A stretch of 64,000 nucleotides of DNA from IMG/VR virus record IMGVR_UViG_3300025889_000083, positions 40,149 to 104,148 of that record; one strand, 5' to 3'. Shown here piece after piece: positions 9,531 through 21,300 of this stretch (position 1 is its first letter; the number at the start of each line of letters is the position of its first letter). Under the pieces are notes generated by a model, which was not told where the DNA came from, did not search any database, and saw nothing but the letters and a program-made list of their open reading frames with translations. A program made the position numbers and the translations under genes. This DNA comes from a virus.

Positions 9531-12500
9531 TATGTTCCATCCGATATAATTATTTGTTGATTTACGGAACTAAAAACAATATTTGCACTTGATAATGACG
9601 TTGAATTTAGTGTCCACCCACCAGCAGATCCGCCTGCTACTGTTAATGTTAAACTGTCTGTTGATGATATTTTAGCATTTGTAATCGCATTTGCTGCAAT
9701 CTGTAAACTATCTATACTTCCTGCAATTATTTCAGAAGTACCAATCTGGTTAGCTGCTATCTTTGCTGCTGTAATTGCATTAGCGGCAATTTGTAATGTT
9801 CCAATAGATCCACTAGATATTTCTGCTGTACCAACTTGATTAGCTGCTATTAAAGCCGAAGTAATAGCATTTCCAGCTATAAGTGCAGTTGTAATACTTC
9901 CACTAACTATTTCTGCAGTACCAATTTGATTAGCTGCTATTAAAGCCGAAGTAATACTGTTTGCTGCAATTTCACTTGTACCTACTTGATCTGCGGCTAT
10001 CTTTGCTGATGTAATTGAGTTTGCCTGAATCATTGCGCTTGTAATAGATACAGAAGTTATTTTTGCAAACTCAATTCCTGAAGCATTGATACTTGCATTT
10101 GTAACAGCTCCACTTTCTATCTTTGCATTTGTAATTGCATTTGCTGCAATCTCATTTGTATCTACAGCACCAGAAGATATCTTCGCATTTGTAATTGCAT
10201 TTGATGAAATCTGGTTAGTACCAACTGCATCACTCTGAATACTTACAGAAGTAATACTGTTTGCAGAAATATGAGAATTATCAATAGCATTTGTTACAAT
10301 CGCTGCGGCTGTTATTGAGTTTGCTGTTATATGGGAACTATCAATGGTGCCAGCTTGAATAATTGCAGCATTTACAGAGTTAATTGATAATTCATTATTT
10401 GTAATTGAGTTTGCTGCTATAATAGCTGCTGTTACAGAGTTTGCTGTTAGTTCATTATTTGTAATTGTATTTGCTGCTATCTGTGCGGAGCCAACTGAGT
10501 TTGCAGCTAATTCTGAACTGGTAATTGATCCTGCAATAATCTGTGCTGCTCCAATAGCATTTGCTGCCATCTTAGCATTTGTAACAGCTCCAGTGGCAAT
10601 TTGTATAGCTCCCACAGCTCCAGTTGCAATACTTACTGAGTCTATACTATTTGCAGCTATTGTTTCATTTGTAACTGAGTTACTTGCTAGTAGTGTTGAA
10701 GTGATCGCATTTGCTATAATTTGTGCTGTATTAATAGCATTAGTTGCGACTTTTCCACTTGTTACAGCATTTGCTGCTATTTTAGCTGCTGTAATTGCAC
10801 TTCCTGCTAATTGGTTTGTATCAACAGCACCATTGGCAATAATAATACCAGTTACAGATCCAGTGGCTAATTGAGTTGTTCCAACTCCACCACTAGCAAT
10901 AATTGTTCCAGATACAGAGCCAATGGTAAGTTCTGCACTTCCAATAGAGTTTGCAGCTATCTCAACTGAAGTAATTGAGTTTGCTGCCATTAGGGCATTT
11001 GTAATAGTACCAGAAGCAATTTCTACTGCGGTAATTTCATTTGCTCCCACAGTGAATGAATTTATAGCATCTGCAGTTAACTGAGCTGATGTAATACTAT
11101 TTGCTTGAATAGCAGCAGTTCCAATAGCATTTGCTGCTATTTTTGCTTCTGTAACTGAGCCCGCTGCAATTGAAGCAGTAGTAATAGAATTAGAAGCTAT
11201 TTTTGCATTTGTAATCGCATTTGCGGATACATGCACAGTATCAATAGATCCACTTATAATTTGGGCACTATCAATAGAGTTTGCGGCTATTTCTGATGTA
11301 CCAATAGCATTTGCAATAATCATTGTGCTATCTATTGAGTTTGCAGCAATATGAGAACTATCAATAGAATCAGCAATAATTGCTACTGATCCAATACTAT
11401 TTGCGGCAACTTCTGATGCTCCAATAGAGTTTGCTTGAATATGAATTGCTTGTATTGAGTTTGAAGCTAATTCTACACTTGTAATTGAGTTTGCTGATAC
11501 TGTAAACGCAGCTACAGCACTTGAAGTTAACATAAGAGAAGTAATACTATTTGCTTGAATAGCAGTACCTCCAACAGCGTTTTCTGCTATTGTTGTTTCA
11601 GTTACAGCACCATCACCAATTTCTCCAGTATTTATTTTGAATTTAGAAGTAAATTGCTGTAGTGAATATGTACCTGATGTATTTGCTACTACTGCTAAAA
11701 TTGCGTCTTTTGTTCTATCTATTTTGTAATTTTGGAAGAAAACATTTGCTCCGCTATACGCTCTTAATGCACCATCTGAAATCTGTATGCTAGTATTACT
11801 ATAGACATAAGTTACTTTTGCATATTGTCGAGTAGTACCTGCATCGCCTAAAACAATTAGGTCACCAGTTTGATAATCACTTAAGAAAGTAGTACTACTT
11901 CCTTCTAATATTGTCTCTCCTGCATCTACAGAGAATGTACCATTTGCTTGTCCAAAGTCTGTATTTGCATCATTAATTGTTCTTTTTGTAAAAATAGGAT
12001 AAAGTTTATTTCCTTGTGCATCTTCTGATGTAGTATCTGTTCTATATTCAATAGCTTGTAATGGGTCTGCTGTGTTGCTATAGTCATATAATAAATATGC
12101 TACGCTGTTTGCAGACATTGCACTAAAGTCTTGCTGTGTTTGTGCAGTATTTCCGCTTGATACAGTTATAAAAGTTCCAGCGTCTACTTGTGGAGGTAAG
12201 TAATTATATGAAGTATTTGAAAAACTTACTACTCCATTAGCAGCTATTGTTAATGTTGTATCTAAAAATCCACCTAATGGAATGTCTTTACCTGGTTGAC
12301 TTGATAATATATGGGCTCCGACGGCATCATCAACACCAATACGTCTGCTTCTCCATCGAGAAAAGTTTTCTCTAATATTTACTGTTCTTACTCTTACTCG
12401 ATATGTACCTGGCATTACATTTTCCCAAGTATATGAAGTATCTTCAGGGTCTACACTAAATCTTTCCCATTTTGCATTTCCATCGTATCTACCTTTACCA

Positions 12501-15500
12501 TCCCATGCTACCTGATATTCTTTTAAATGCTCGTACTCACTTGTAACTGAGTTTCCGTTTTTATCAAGTCTTGTTGATAAAGGAGCTTGCCAAGTAAGTA
12601 GTATTTTATATCCTAAATCTGGAGCTGCTGATCCTGATACATTTACGTCTCCTGATGAATTATCACCTGAGCCCATAGGTATTGCTTTAACTGCTAGATT
12701 TCTAGGTACTGGTACTTCTTCAATGTATTTTGGAGGTCTATTTACATCAGGTATTGCAGGTATTGCCCAACCTCTATCAATTAAATCATATTTTCCAGAA
12801 GTATGCTGTACTGCTGTAATTTCAAAGATTCTTCCATCATTTTCTTTTATGGCTTGAATCATAAACTCTTTTGAACTTCCAGCAAGTTTTTCACCATCTG
12901 CAGAAGTTGTTGTTATTGACCAAATAACATCTCTATTTGGAGCAGCACTAAATGCGCTTGCTACTGTTATAGAGCTTGATGTATAACTATCTATAACTTG
13001 AGATTCTATTCTTGAATCTTCAGACCAAAGTAATTGTACTAGACCATCAGAATCATCTTTACAGTTTGCTGCTTTTGCTGCAGTATCTATCGTATTTCCA
13101 CCTTCATCTGTAAGTACTAACTCTCCTTTTCGGTATGTAGTACCATTGATAGTTGCTGAATCTTGTCCGAGATAAGCACCACCAGATGGGTATATTAAGT
13201 GTAAAGTTGAGGTTGCTGTTCCTGAAAGTGTAACAGCTCTATCTATATTAATTGTTGTAGTTGTAGAAGATGAAGAAACGCGACCACTAAATTGAATATC
13301 ATCATAGTCTGCGTCTTGTATGTATATTGAATCGCCTGGTTGTAAGAAACCTGCGTTTAATCCAGTTTTAAATGATACTATTTCAGTATCAAGTTTCTCT
13401 GAGAATAAATGGAACTTACCATATCTATGTGCTTGTCCCTGTGAAGTACAACCAAATGCTACTGTTTCTTTTGGAATAATTTTACCTATTCTTGCAATCT
13501 CATCATAGTCTTCTACAATTTCTACTGCTTGTTTGTAGTGATTATCTGGGTCATTCCAAGTTACACGAATTTGATTTGATCTAAATCTTTGTGAAGATGA
13601 ACTGTATGTAAACATTCCATCAATAACATTACCTTTTGTAAAGGTATAAACAGGACTTTTTTCCTGCATGGCGGCTAAAGTTATTTGTCCATTTTTCCAG
13701 ACTAAGATTCCTCTAAATAAAGTTAGGAAATCTTTAACAACTTTTACAGCTTCTTGTAAATCTTTAATATAAACATTCGCAGTAAAACGAGGTTCTGATC
13801 CACCTTTTCCATCTGGTACTAATTCATCGCAATATTTGGCAATAGCAAATAGAGAATATTTGTCTATTAAATCAAAATTATTATCTGGGTCTAACCAACG
13901 TCCTAATCCATATCGAGGATTAGTCATAATGTCTAAAAATACCCACGCTGGGTTATTACAATAGACTGCATTATAGTTAGGGCTTGTTGCGTCAAATTCG
14001 TTTTTATCGCCTCTAAACTTTCCATCCCAGTCTTGGTAAGTTGATGCATCTACTCCAGTACTTACATTACGAGTATAACTTGCAGTTGTTCTTCTAATTC
14101 CTGTATTCGCAAAAGCTTCTTCTGCTGGAAAATAGTTTGTTGGAACTTTTATTTTTAGACCACGTACTTGATATGCTCTTGATGGCATTTCTCTAAAGTC
14201 TTTTGCATCAATAATAACTGCTCCAAATGCTGTATATGGATAGTTAAGTTTATCTTCTACTATACACTCAATAGATTTAATTACAGACTGATTCTCATGT
14301 ACCCAGTTACCATATTCAAAATTTGTTGCGGTTGGTCGCTGAATTGTAACTTGGAAGTCATCAAATGGTTGGAATTTTTCAGTATCAAATGAAAGAGTTG
14401 CAAGTGTAGGAGTTACTGTGTGTTTATGAATAACACTTGTTGCTGATTTTGGTAAAGTATTTGCATGTAAAGATCGACCTGATAAAGTTTTTGGTCCGTG
14501 TACAACGACTTCTTCTACCTCAGATCCATTTCTAAAGTATTTAAATAAAATTCTGTATTCTACAAAAGAAGGACCTGTTGCGTTATTTGAACTATTTTTC
14601 TTTCTAGATTCAAGTCTAGGCATTTCCACATTTACTTTAATATGATCAACAATGCCAGGATCTCCTGTTCCTATTAAAGTACTTGCTCCATAGGTGCGTC
14701 CTCCTGAGGTTGGCTCAGCTAATGGATCTCCATTTGCATCATCTAAAGTTAGTGTTGCATTACTTGGGTTTCCTGAAATTAAAGATTGTGGTAGCTCCTC
14801 GCCTATTTCATGTGCAAATGATGCACTACCAACACCTTTGGGTGATTGTAAAAATGGTTGCTCTCTTTCTCCTGTTCTGAAAGCATATCCAAAGTTTGTA
14901 AAATTAAAACGTGGAGATTCTGATTCAGGTATTCTTGGAGTACTTAGAATAATAATTGTGTTTGCTTGATCGACACCACCACCAGTTGCTAGTGTTGCTG
15001 TATTTACAGAGTAACTTGCTATTCTATCAACAAGGTCTATCTTACAGTCTGCATTTGATACAGTAGTTGCGGGAGCAAGTGCTACTTTTACTGCGGCAGT
15101 ATTAATAAATTCTGTGATTGTGGCTGCAAAATTACCTCCATCTACTCCTGCTCCTTCAATTCTTAATTGAGGTACTAATTCTGTAGATGCAGTTTGAACA
15201 TCATCGCTTGCGAATGACATTATGCTTGTATTTGTTGTAACTATTTTGGAACCAGCAGTGGTGCTGACAGCGGCTGTGCCTTTCTTTTTACCCCCAACCA
15301 CTAATACCTGTCTAACACCATCGCTAGTATCTAAACCATCAAAAACATTTGTAGAAAGATTATCGGTTAGTTTATTATTTGCTGAATCATATGCGATATC
15401 CGTACCTTTTCTTGTTGCAAAACTTTCGGCATACTGATATGAAACTGCTGGAGCTCCGTTAATAAGAACACTAGCGGCACCATCAATTAGACCTTCTATT

Positions 15501-15625
15501 GGTCCTTCTGAGACTAAGTCATACACTACAGCTGTTTGATGCTTTAGTGATGTTACATTTGTTGATAAATTGCCTGGTGCTGCTGATCCTATACCACCAT
15601 TTGCAGTTGGGTTATTAAGTGCCAT
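9530..15625 (-). CDS. central tail fibre / tip attachment protein, lambda gpJ (TipJ)-like, with repetitive C-terminus
   Basis: DLVSEGPIEGL; GLKIKVPTNY; NNPAWVFLDIMTNPRYGLG; YCDELVPDGKGGSEPRF; AFGCTSQGQAHR; FN3 segment; ~650 aa of decapeptide repeats. Confidence 0.92.
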   Translation of the reverse strand: MALNNPTANGGIGSAAPGNLSTNVTSLKHQTAVVYDLVSEGPIEGLIDGAASVLINGAPAVSYQYAESFATRKGTDIAYDSANNKLTDNLSTNVFDGLDTSDGVRQVLVVGGKKKGTAAVSTTAGSKIVTTNTSIMSFASDDVQTASTELVPQLRIEGAGVDGGNFAATITEFINTAAVKVALAPATTVSNADCKIDLVDRIASYSVNTATLATGGGVDQANTIIILSTPRIPESESPRFNFTNFGYAFRTGEREQPFLQSPKGVGSASFAHEIGEELPQSLISGNPSNATLTLDDANGDPLAEPTSGGRTYGASTLIGTGDPGIVDHIKVNVEMPRLESRKKNSSNNATGPSFVEYRILFKYFRNGSEVEEVVVHGPKTLSGRSLHANTLPKSATSVIHKHTVTPTLATLSFDTEKFQPFDDFQVTIQRPTATNFEYGNWVHENQSVIKSIECIVEDKLNYPYTAFGAVIIDAKDFREMPSRAYQVRGLKIKVPTNYFPAEEAFANTGIRRTTASYTRNVSTGVDASTYQDWDGKFRGDKNEFDATSPNYNAVYCNNPAWVFLDIMTNPRYGLGRWLDPDNNFDLIDKYSLFAIAKYCDELVPDGKGGSEPRFTANVYIKDLQEAVKVVKDFLTLFRGILVWKNGQITLAAMQEKSPVYTFTKGNVIDGMFTYSSSSQRFRSNQIRVTWNDPDNHYKQAVEIVEDYDEIARIGKIIPKETVAFGCTSQGQAHRYGKFHLFSEKLDTEIVSFKTGLNAGFLQPGDSIYIQDADYDDIQFSGRVSSSSTTTTINIDRAVTLSGTATSTLHLIYPSGGAYLGQDSATINGTTYRKGELVLTDEGGNTIDTAAKAANCKDDSDGLVQLLWSEDSRIESQVIDSYTSSSITVASAFSAAPNRDVIWSITTTSADGEKLAGSSKEFMIQAIKENDGRIFEITAVQHTSGKYDLIDRGWAIPAIPDVNRPPKYIEEVPVPRNLAVKAIPMGSGDNSSGDVNVSGSAAPDLGYKILLTWQAPLSTRLDKNGNSVTSEYEHLKEYQVAWDGKGRYDGNAKWERFSVDPEDTSYTWENVMPGTYRVRVRTVNIRENFSRWRSRRIGVDDAVGAHILSSQPGKDIPLGGFLDTTLTIAANGVVSFSNTSYNYLPPQVDAGTFITVSSGNTAQTQQDFSAMSANSVAYLLYDYSNTADPLQAIEYRTDTTSEDAQGNKLYPIFTKRTINDANTDFGQANGTFSVDAGETILEGSSTTFLSDYQTGDLIVLGDAGTTRQYAKVTYVYSNTSIQISDGALRAYSGANVFFQNYKIDRTKDAILAVVANTSGTYSLQQFTSKFKINTGEIGDGAVTETTIAENAVGGTAIQANSITSLMLTSSAVAAFTVSANSITSVELASNSIQAIHIQANSIGASEVAANSIGSVAIIADSIDSSHIAANSIDSTMIIANAIGTSEIAANSIDSAQIISGSIDTVHVSANAITNAKIASNSITTASIAAGSVTEAKIAANAIGTAAIQANSITSAQLTADAINSFTVGANEITAVEIASGTITNALMAANSITSVEIAANSIGSAELTIGSVSGTIIASGGVGTTQLATGSVTGIIIANGAVDTNQLAGSAITAAKIAANAVTSGKVATNAINTAQIIANAITSTLLASNSVTNETIAANSIDSVSIATGAVGAIQIATGAVTNAKMAANAIGAAQIIAGSITSSELAANSVGSAQIAANTITNNELTANSVTAAIIAANSITNNELSINSVNAAIIQAGTIDSSHITANSITAAAIVTNAIDNSHISANSITSVSIQSDAVGTNQISSNAITNAKISSGAVDTNEIAANAITNAKIESGAVTNASINASGIEFAKITSVSITSAMIQANSITSAKIAADQVGTSEIAANSITSALIAANQIGTAEIVSGSITTALIAGNAITSALIAANQVGTAEISSGSIGTLQIAANAITAAKIAANQIGTSEIIAGSIDSLQIAANAITNAKISSTDSLTLTVAGGSAGGWTLNSTSLSSANIVFSSVNQQIIISDGT

Positions 15626-16414
15626 CTATTTTCCTATTTGCTCCAAGTCTTCAATAATTTCTTCAGTAATATTATTATACTGATCTGCTAATAAATTCCA
15701 GTCTATGTTTGAAGTTCCACCTGTGTATATTGCACCACTTGAACCCATACCTTGATTAGAATATCCTCCACCGACACCGCTAACCCAGTAGTCTTCTCCA
15801 CCTTGCCAATCTTCATCAGAATTTGTATTCGTAGATCCTGTAAAAGTAAATCCTGCGGATTGTGTTACTCTTGTGTTTGTAAAGCCAAAGTTTATTGGTG
15901 CTCCTCCTATTTCTAGTTTTCCATAACAGAGAGGAACTGGAATACCTTGTTTTACATTATTAACTGGTCCATTAAATAAGTAGGCTTCATTTGTATCAGA
16001 TGGTGAATCTTTCATTAGTTTATCAAGTGTGCCTTCTATAACTAACATACTACCAAGTGCAAATGTCGCTGCTGCTATTGCTCGTCCTGTAGTTCCAGTT
16101 GGGTCTATAAAGAAAGATGCAATCATTAAAATATAACCAATTGTTTGTTTTGCATTTGAACCTTCTACTGCTGGAGAAATTACTAAATCTTGTCCGCCAA
16201 GACTAAGTAATGCATCAGTATCACCATCAATTAATTCTTCACCTTTCTGGATTGTATAGTGTATACCTTTACCTGCTTGTTCAGTAATATAATTTAAAAA
16301 ACCTTCACGTTGCACAGAAATTCCTCGTATAGCTTCTACGATGTTTCGTGCTTCGAGTTTCCAATGAGATCCAAATTTCTCGCCAAGATCTCCTGTTAAA
16401 TAAATATTTGTCAT
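15626..16414 (-). CDS. tail assembly protein, lambda gpI-like
   Basis: IYLTGDLGEKFG; YLFNGPVNNVKQGIPVPLCYG. Confidence 0.88.
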   Translation of the reverse strand: MTNIYLTGDLGEKFGSHWKLEARNIVEAIRGISVQREGFLNYITEQAGKGIHYTIQKGEELIDGDTDALLSLGGQDLVISPAVEGSNAKQTIGYILMIASFFIDPTGTTGRAIAAATFALGSMLVIEGTLDKLMKDSPSDTNEAYLFNGPVNNVKQGIPVPLCYGKLEIGGAPINFGFTNTRVTQSAGFTFTGSTNTNSDEDWQGGEDYWVSGVGGGYSNQGMGSSGAIYTGGTSNIDWNLLADQYNNITEEIIEDLEQIGK

Positions 16415-16740
16415 GCTGGTTCTAAAATAAATACCTCTTTTTGTGGATACGATACAATCATATATGGTATCCTTTGTGCGTTACAACAATCAATATCATG
16501 TTGACTTGGTTTACAATCGCTCATGTAGTGACTATGGACTATGTATTTTATCAAAGAATTTAGTTGATATTTAACTACAATCTTTGAGTCGATTTTAAAG
16601 CTATTCTTTTTATCGTCTGCTAAATTTTCACATTCAATGAAATCGCCATTCCGTAAAAGAAGTCCACACATTTCATAAGGTGCCGCTTTCTCTGCTGCTA
16701 AGAAGATCTTATCCAAAATCTTTAGCGGCGGGGAAACCAC
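16411..16740 (-). CDS. JAB/MPN (Mov34) domain tail assembly protein, gpK N-terminal-like
   Basis: PYEMCGLL...IVHSH....PSQHD JAMM motif; no NlpC/P60 half. Confidence 0.85.
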   Translation of the reverse strand: MVSPPLKILDKIFLAAEKAAPYEMCGLLLRNGDFIECENLADDKKNSFKIDSKIVVKYQLNSLIKYIVHSHYMSDCKPSQHDIDCCNAQRIPYMIVSYPQKEVFILEPA

Positions 16741-17953
16741 CGAATGGAATTACTACATTAGTACTAAATTCAGTTTTACCTGTAGTAGATGTATTACCAG
16801 TATTAATTGGCGTAAATCCAAATCTCATTCCACAAGAAGTGAGAGATTTGCCACAGATATCACCTCTTTCCCAGTAAGTACTGTAAGTAGGTGCAACATT
16901 AATACTTGCTTTCTTTGCTTTCCACATAAGTGTTTTGTTATAAGTTGCAGAACTTGCTACATTATCTGTAAAAGTTACATAGTCATTCTTTTTATCATCT
17001 GAGTAAATAAAATACTCTGTTCCATGACTATAAGTTGCATAAGTTCTTACTCTTTTAAAATTCTCATTTGTATCTGTTGGAGTTCCAAGTGCAGTTTTTG
17101 TACCTTGTGTTGCTACTTGCCAATAATTATTTACTGTCTGACTACTTACTGTTCCATTTGCTGCAGCTCTGCTTGCAGTTGTTTGTGTGTACCAATAAGT
17201 ATCAAGTGATAAAGTATTTGCTCCTGATTCACTTGTCCAATTTCCAAAAGTAAGACTACTAGGTACAATATACTCATCATCTTGATTTACATATACTTTA
17301 TATGTTGTTGCACCATTTTCTGTATATAAATGTCTAGCTTCATAAGTGCTGTCGATTCTCCAAGTACATCCGCTTTTTGCTTTTTGATACTCTGATAAGT
17401 GATCACTTGCACCTTGATATTCCCAAGGACATCTATTTACTACTACTTGTCTGTATGGAATTTTAATTCCTTCTAATTCAAAAGGAACTCGTAAACTAAA
17501 TTCTACAGATATTTTTGTTCTTGTTTTAATTCTGTCAATATAAAAAACTTGTCGTGGATACTCAGTTGGAGGATTTGTTGCTGAAGCTTCTCCATATAAG
17601 TATTTCTTTAAAGTAGTTCTACGAATAACTCGATTACCAACTAAAGAATCATAGTCGGTTGTTCCTACTGCTCCACTAAAAACACTTGTTGCATTTGCTA
17701 TTGTAAAACTTGGATTTGGATAAGTTCCTGATGCTTGATGCTCAAAACCTTTTGCTTGTACAGGTGCAGCAACATAAGTATTTATCTGAGAATTATTTGA
17801 ATAATCTCTCATTTGTATTGTAGATAAATCAGCTTCAAGACCTACAGCAAAGTATGCCCAAGTATTTTTGGCATACTCAAATTCATAAAGATCAACAACG
17901 GCTGAGCCTGGATCTTGCTTTTGTAAGTCTTTTACTAAAATTTTCTCTGTCAT
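16709..17953 (-). CDS. minor tail protein, lambda gpL-like
   Basis: VIRRTTLKKYL; FYIDR; CPWEY; DICGKSLTSC..RF; PFGGFP. Confidence 0.88.
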   Translation of the reverse strand: MTEKILVKDLQKQDPGSAVVDLYEFEYAKNTWAYFAVGLEADLSTIQMRDYSNNSQINTYVAAPVQAKGFEHQASGTYPNPSFTIANATSVFSGAVGTTDYDSLVGNRVIRRTTLKKYLYGEASATNPPTEYPRQVFYIDRIKTRTKISVEFSLRVPFELEGIKIPYRQVVVNRCPWEYQGASDHLSEYQKAKSGCTWRIDSTYEARHLYTENGATTYKVYVNQDDEYIVPSSLTFGNWTSESGANTLSLDTYWYTQTTASRAAANGTVSSQTVNNYWQVATQGTKTALGTPTDTNENFKRVRTYATYSHGTEYFIYSDDKKNDYVTFTDNVASSATYNKTLMWKAKKASINVAPTYSTYWERGDICGKSLTSCGMRFGFTPINTGNTSTTGKTEFSTNVVIPFGGFPAAKDFG

Positions 17954-18330
17954 TATGCTTCGTAAACTCTTCTAAATTGTGCATTAAGAGTGTAGTAATC
18001 ATCATACACCCATGTTTGATCCCAAGTATCACAGACCACTTTTATTGTTTCTTCACTTCCACCAGCATTTGAATCTGATAATGTAAAGTTAAAGTTTGTG
18101 ACTCCGCCTTTTGATTCAAAGAACGCTACGATATCATCTATATCTGCTTTTGGTCGAGTTGTAAAAGCTACATCTATAGTTTGTTCTAAACTATTTATAC
18201 CGTTTGCAATTCTTTGCTCATATCCATCGCCAAAGTTAGCAACAAATACTCTTGGTTTGTTATTTCTTTTTTGTCCTCTATCTGGAACTACTACTCCGAG
18301 TGTTCCGCCTACATCAAATCCTATTGCCAT
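17953..18330 (-). CDS. distal tail protein, lambda gpM-like
   Basis: ANFGDGYEQR...GIN; AFFESKGGVTNF; position after tape measure. Confidence 0.88.
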   Translation of the reverse strand: MAIGFDVGGTLGVVVPDRGQKRNNKPRVFVANFGDGYEQRIANGINSLEQTIDVAFTTRPKADIDDIVAFFESKGGVTNFNFTLSDSNAGGSEETIKVVCDTWDQTWVYDDYYTLNAQFRRVYEA

Positions 18331-21300
18331 TATGTACCACTCAATAATCCACCTGCGCGTTGTTCATCAGCTATTACTTCTTTAACAGCCGCTGCTATTA
18401 TAAGTCCCATTTCTCCTCCACGATCTGAGGTCATGGTTGTCTCTCCGTTTGCCATATTTACATTAACAGAGATATTGTTTGTTCCACCAGATTTTCCTTG
18501 CATTTCTACTGGAATACTTCTTCCATTTGGTAGAGGAACTACAGCTTCAGTGCCATGTAATTCTGCAAGATAGCCAGAGCTTGGTCCTGTTGATACTGCT
18601 CCATCACTATACGATCTATAACCAGGTGCGTTTGCTATACCGCCTTGTCTAACTCCAAATAATGCTTTTAGACCACCCATAAGACCACCACCATTAGCCA
18701 TACCACCAAAGAAGCTGTTTGCACTTTGATAAATCATTGCTGCCATTTGAATTTTTGCGGCGATTTCCATAAGTTTTGCTGCTTCTTCACTTTTTCCTGC
18801 AGCACCAAGTAACATTGAGGCTCCTCCTAAAAATTTAGTAGAAACTCCTGTGAAAGTATCGACGCCTTCCTTAAATTTATCAGCAGTAGTTTGTGTGCCT
18901 GCAAGAGTAACAGAGTTAGGATCTATTCTTTTAATTCCATTTCCTGTTGTAGTTCCTGTTGTAGTACCTGAACCTGTACTTACACCTGGAAGTGATTGTA
19001 AAGCTGTATTTAAGCTTTGTATGTTAAGTTCTAATTGATCGTATTCGAGATTTAAAGCCTCGATTTTTTCATTTGCACCTGTTGCTAATCCGATATTTTT
19101 TTCTTGAGTTTTTCGGTAGTTTTCATTTGCACTTTCTAATTTAGCTATTTCGTCTTTAATTGCCTGCAAAGTCATTGGTTGGGTATAAGGTCCATAAGGA
19201 CCGTCAGTTAGAACGTTACCCGTTACCTTAGAAAAATCAGCACCTATACTCTCATAACCACCTGATTTTGCTATGACTTCACTAATTTGATCCAGTCCAT
19301 CTTCTAAAAATAGTAGTCTTCTATTATTCGCTGCTTCTGCGGCTTTAGCATTATTATAAGCACTTCTAGCAGTTGTTAGTTCGTTGATGTCTCCTTTTAT
19401 TCCACTTTTCTTTAATTCAGTGGCGGCAATTTCACCTTGTGTTTTAAGTCTAAAAGCAATTAGAATTGCAGCTTTATGATAGTCTGCTCCTGATTTAATT
19501 GCTTGTTCTATTTTGGAAGATGCGGTTTGCATGCCTTTTTGAAGTGCACCGCCTTCATCTACGTAAATATCTTTTGTAATCTTATTAGGATCAAACATTG
19601 TGCCCCCTAATAAGTCTTCCATCATTCTTTCACTGATTGCTTTTCCAACAGAGTCAGTTAAAGTTTTTGTTAATTCTTCTCCGATATTTTTAAATGCATT
19701 TGCTTCACCTCGTAAAGCTGCTCCAATAGAAGAGCCGAGTTTACTAGTAATATCATCTAGCATGCTAGTATAGAAATTAAATAGCTCACTTTGTTGTGCT
19801 TTTGCTATTCTATAGTTTTGTTTTAGAACTTCAATATTACCTTTTGCTTGTTGTACTCTAAGCTGTGCAGATTCGTCTCCTTGTTTCTTAGATAGTTCAT
19901 ATGTTGCAGCTTCTAGTTCATTTCGTGCTTTTGCTAGATTAAGTACTGCTGTCATTGTTTTTTCGTATGCTTTTGCCTCTCTTTGTCTTTTTGTACCAAA
20001 GCTATTTTCAGCAACTTCTAAAGATACTCCTAACTGTGCCATTGCAATAAGATGAGCCTCTTTATTTAAAGCATTAATATACTCTAATTCTCCTCTAACT
20101 AATAGAAGTTGAGCAGCATATTTTCTATGTTCACCAGCAAGCTGTTCCATTGCCTGTGCTTGAGTTTTTAATTGATCTGTAATATCTTGATATTTTAATT
20201 TTGGGAGAGCTTGTATTAAGCTATTGGTTAATTTTACAAGAGCTGACTGCGCTTGATTATAAGATTTTATAGCTAACATATTTGTAATATGTTTATCGGC
20301 AAGTTTTGATACTTCTTTTATTTGTTCACTTGTTAATTGTTTTCCTTCTCTTAATACATCTGCATAAACTTTCATTTCAGGATCAAGTCTAGACATTGTA
20401 TCTAATTGTTCTAATAATTTATTGTTAAATTTTTCAAATTCTTTAGGTGCAAGATTGCTTCCATTTGCAAAAACTTGATACTCTTGTAGTCTATTAACTA
20501 AATCTGCACTTTGAAATGCTTGTCCTAATTGTGAAATCTGCTCATCAATACCTTTTAATAATCCTCTCTCGCGAACTTGTGCCATTTTATCAAGTTCTTG
20601 ATTTAAACTATCCATACTTCTAGTACTTTCTGAAATTCCTTCGGCAAATTTATTTATCGTTTTTCCATTAAATTTATCTACTAAATCTCTTAGTACAGTA
20701 AAAGCTGTGATTGCTAAACCAATATAACCTAACCATCTCAATAGTCCTGTTATAGCTGTCATAAGTCCTGTTCCTAATGCTTTGATAGTTCCTATAAATT
20801 TACCATATTCTATTTGCATTTGGTATAAACTAGATTTCCACTCTAACATTATTCTTTTAAATCCAGTGGATTGATCTATAACTAATTGATTCTGTAAGAT
20901 TTTTAAATCTAGAAGAAGTTTTTTCTCTGCACCTTTTACAAAGTTATGGTGATTGAGTAGACTAGATTTTTTTGCTTCTAATGCTTTTCTATACTGTTCT
21001 AGATCTGCTTGTGTATACTCTCCTTCTTGAAATCTTGCTAGTCTTCCCTGTGCGGCTTTTGATCCCGGCTTAGTTTCTAAAACATTGAATAGTTTACCTT
21101 GCGCGCCCCCTGTAATTCTACCAATATCTGCTTTTTGCATAGCAGGTAATAAAGATCCTACTATACTTGCAGTAAAACCTACAATAGCAAATGTTGCTGC
21201 TTCAGTGCTCTCAGTTATTCCTTTTGCAATAAACTCAGATATAGTTGCAATAACAGGACGAGCTTTATTTAAAAGTTCATCAAATGCGATTCCAACTTTA

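Noticed and set aside
694-15625. Diversity-generating retroelement acting on tail fibre repeats
   Set aside because: No reverse transcriptase in the window and no adenine-specific template/variable repeat pair seen
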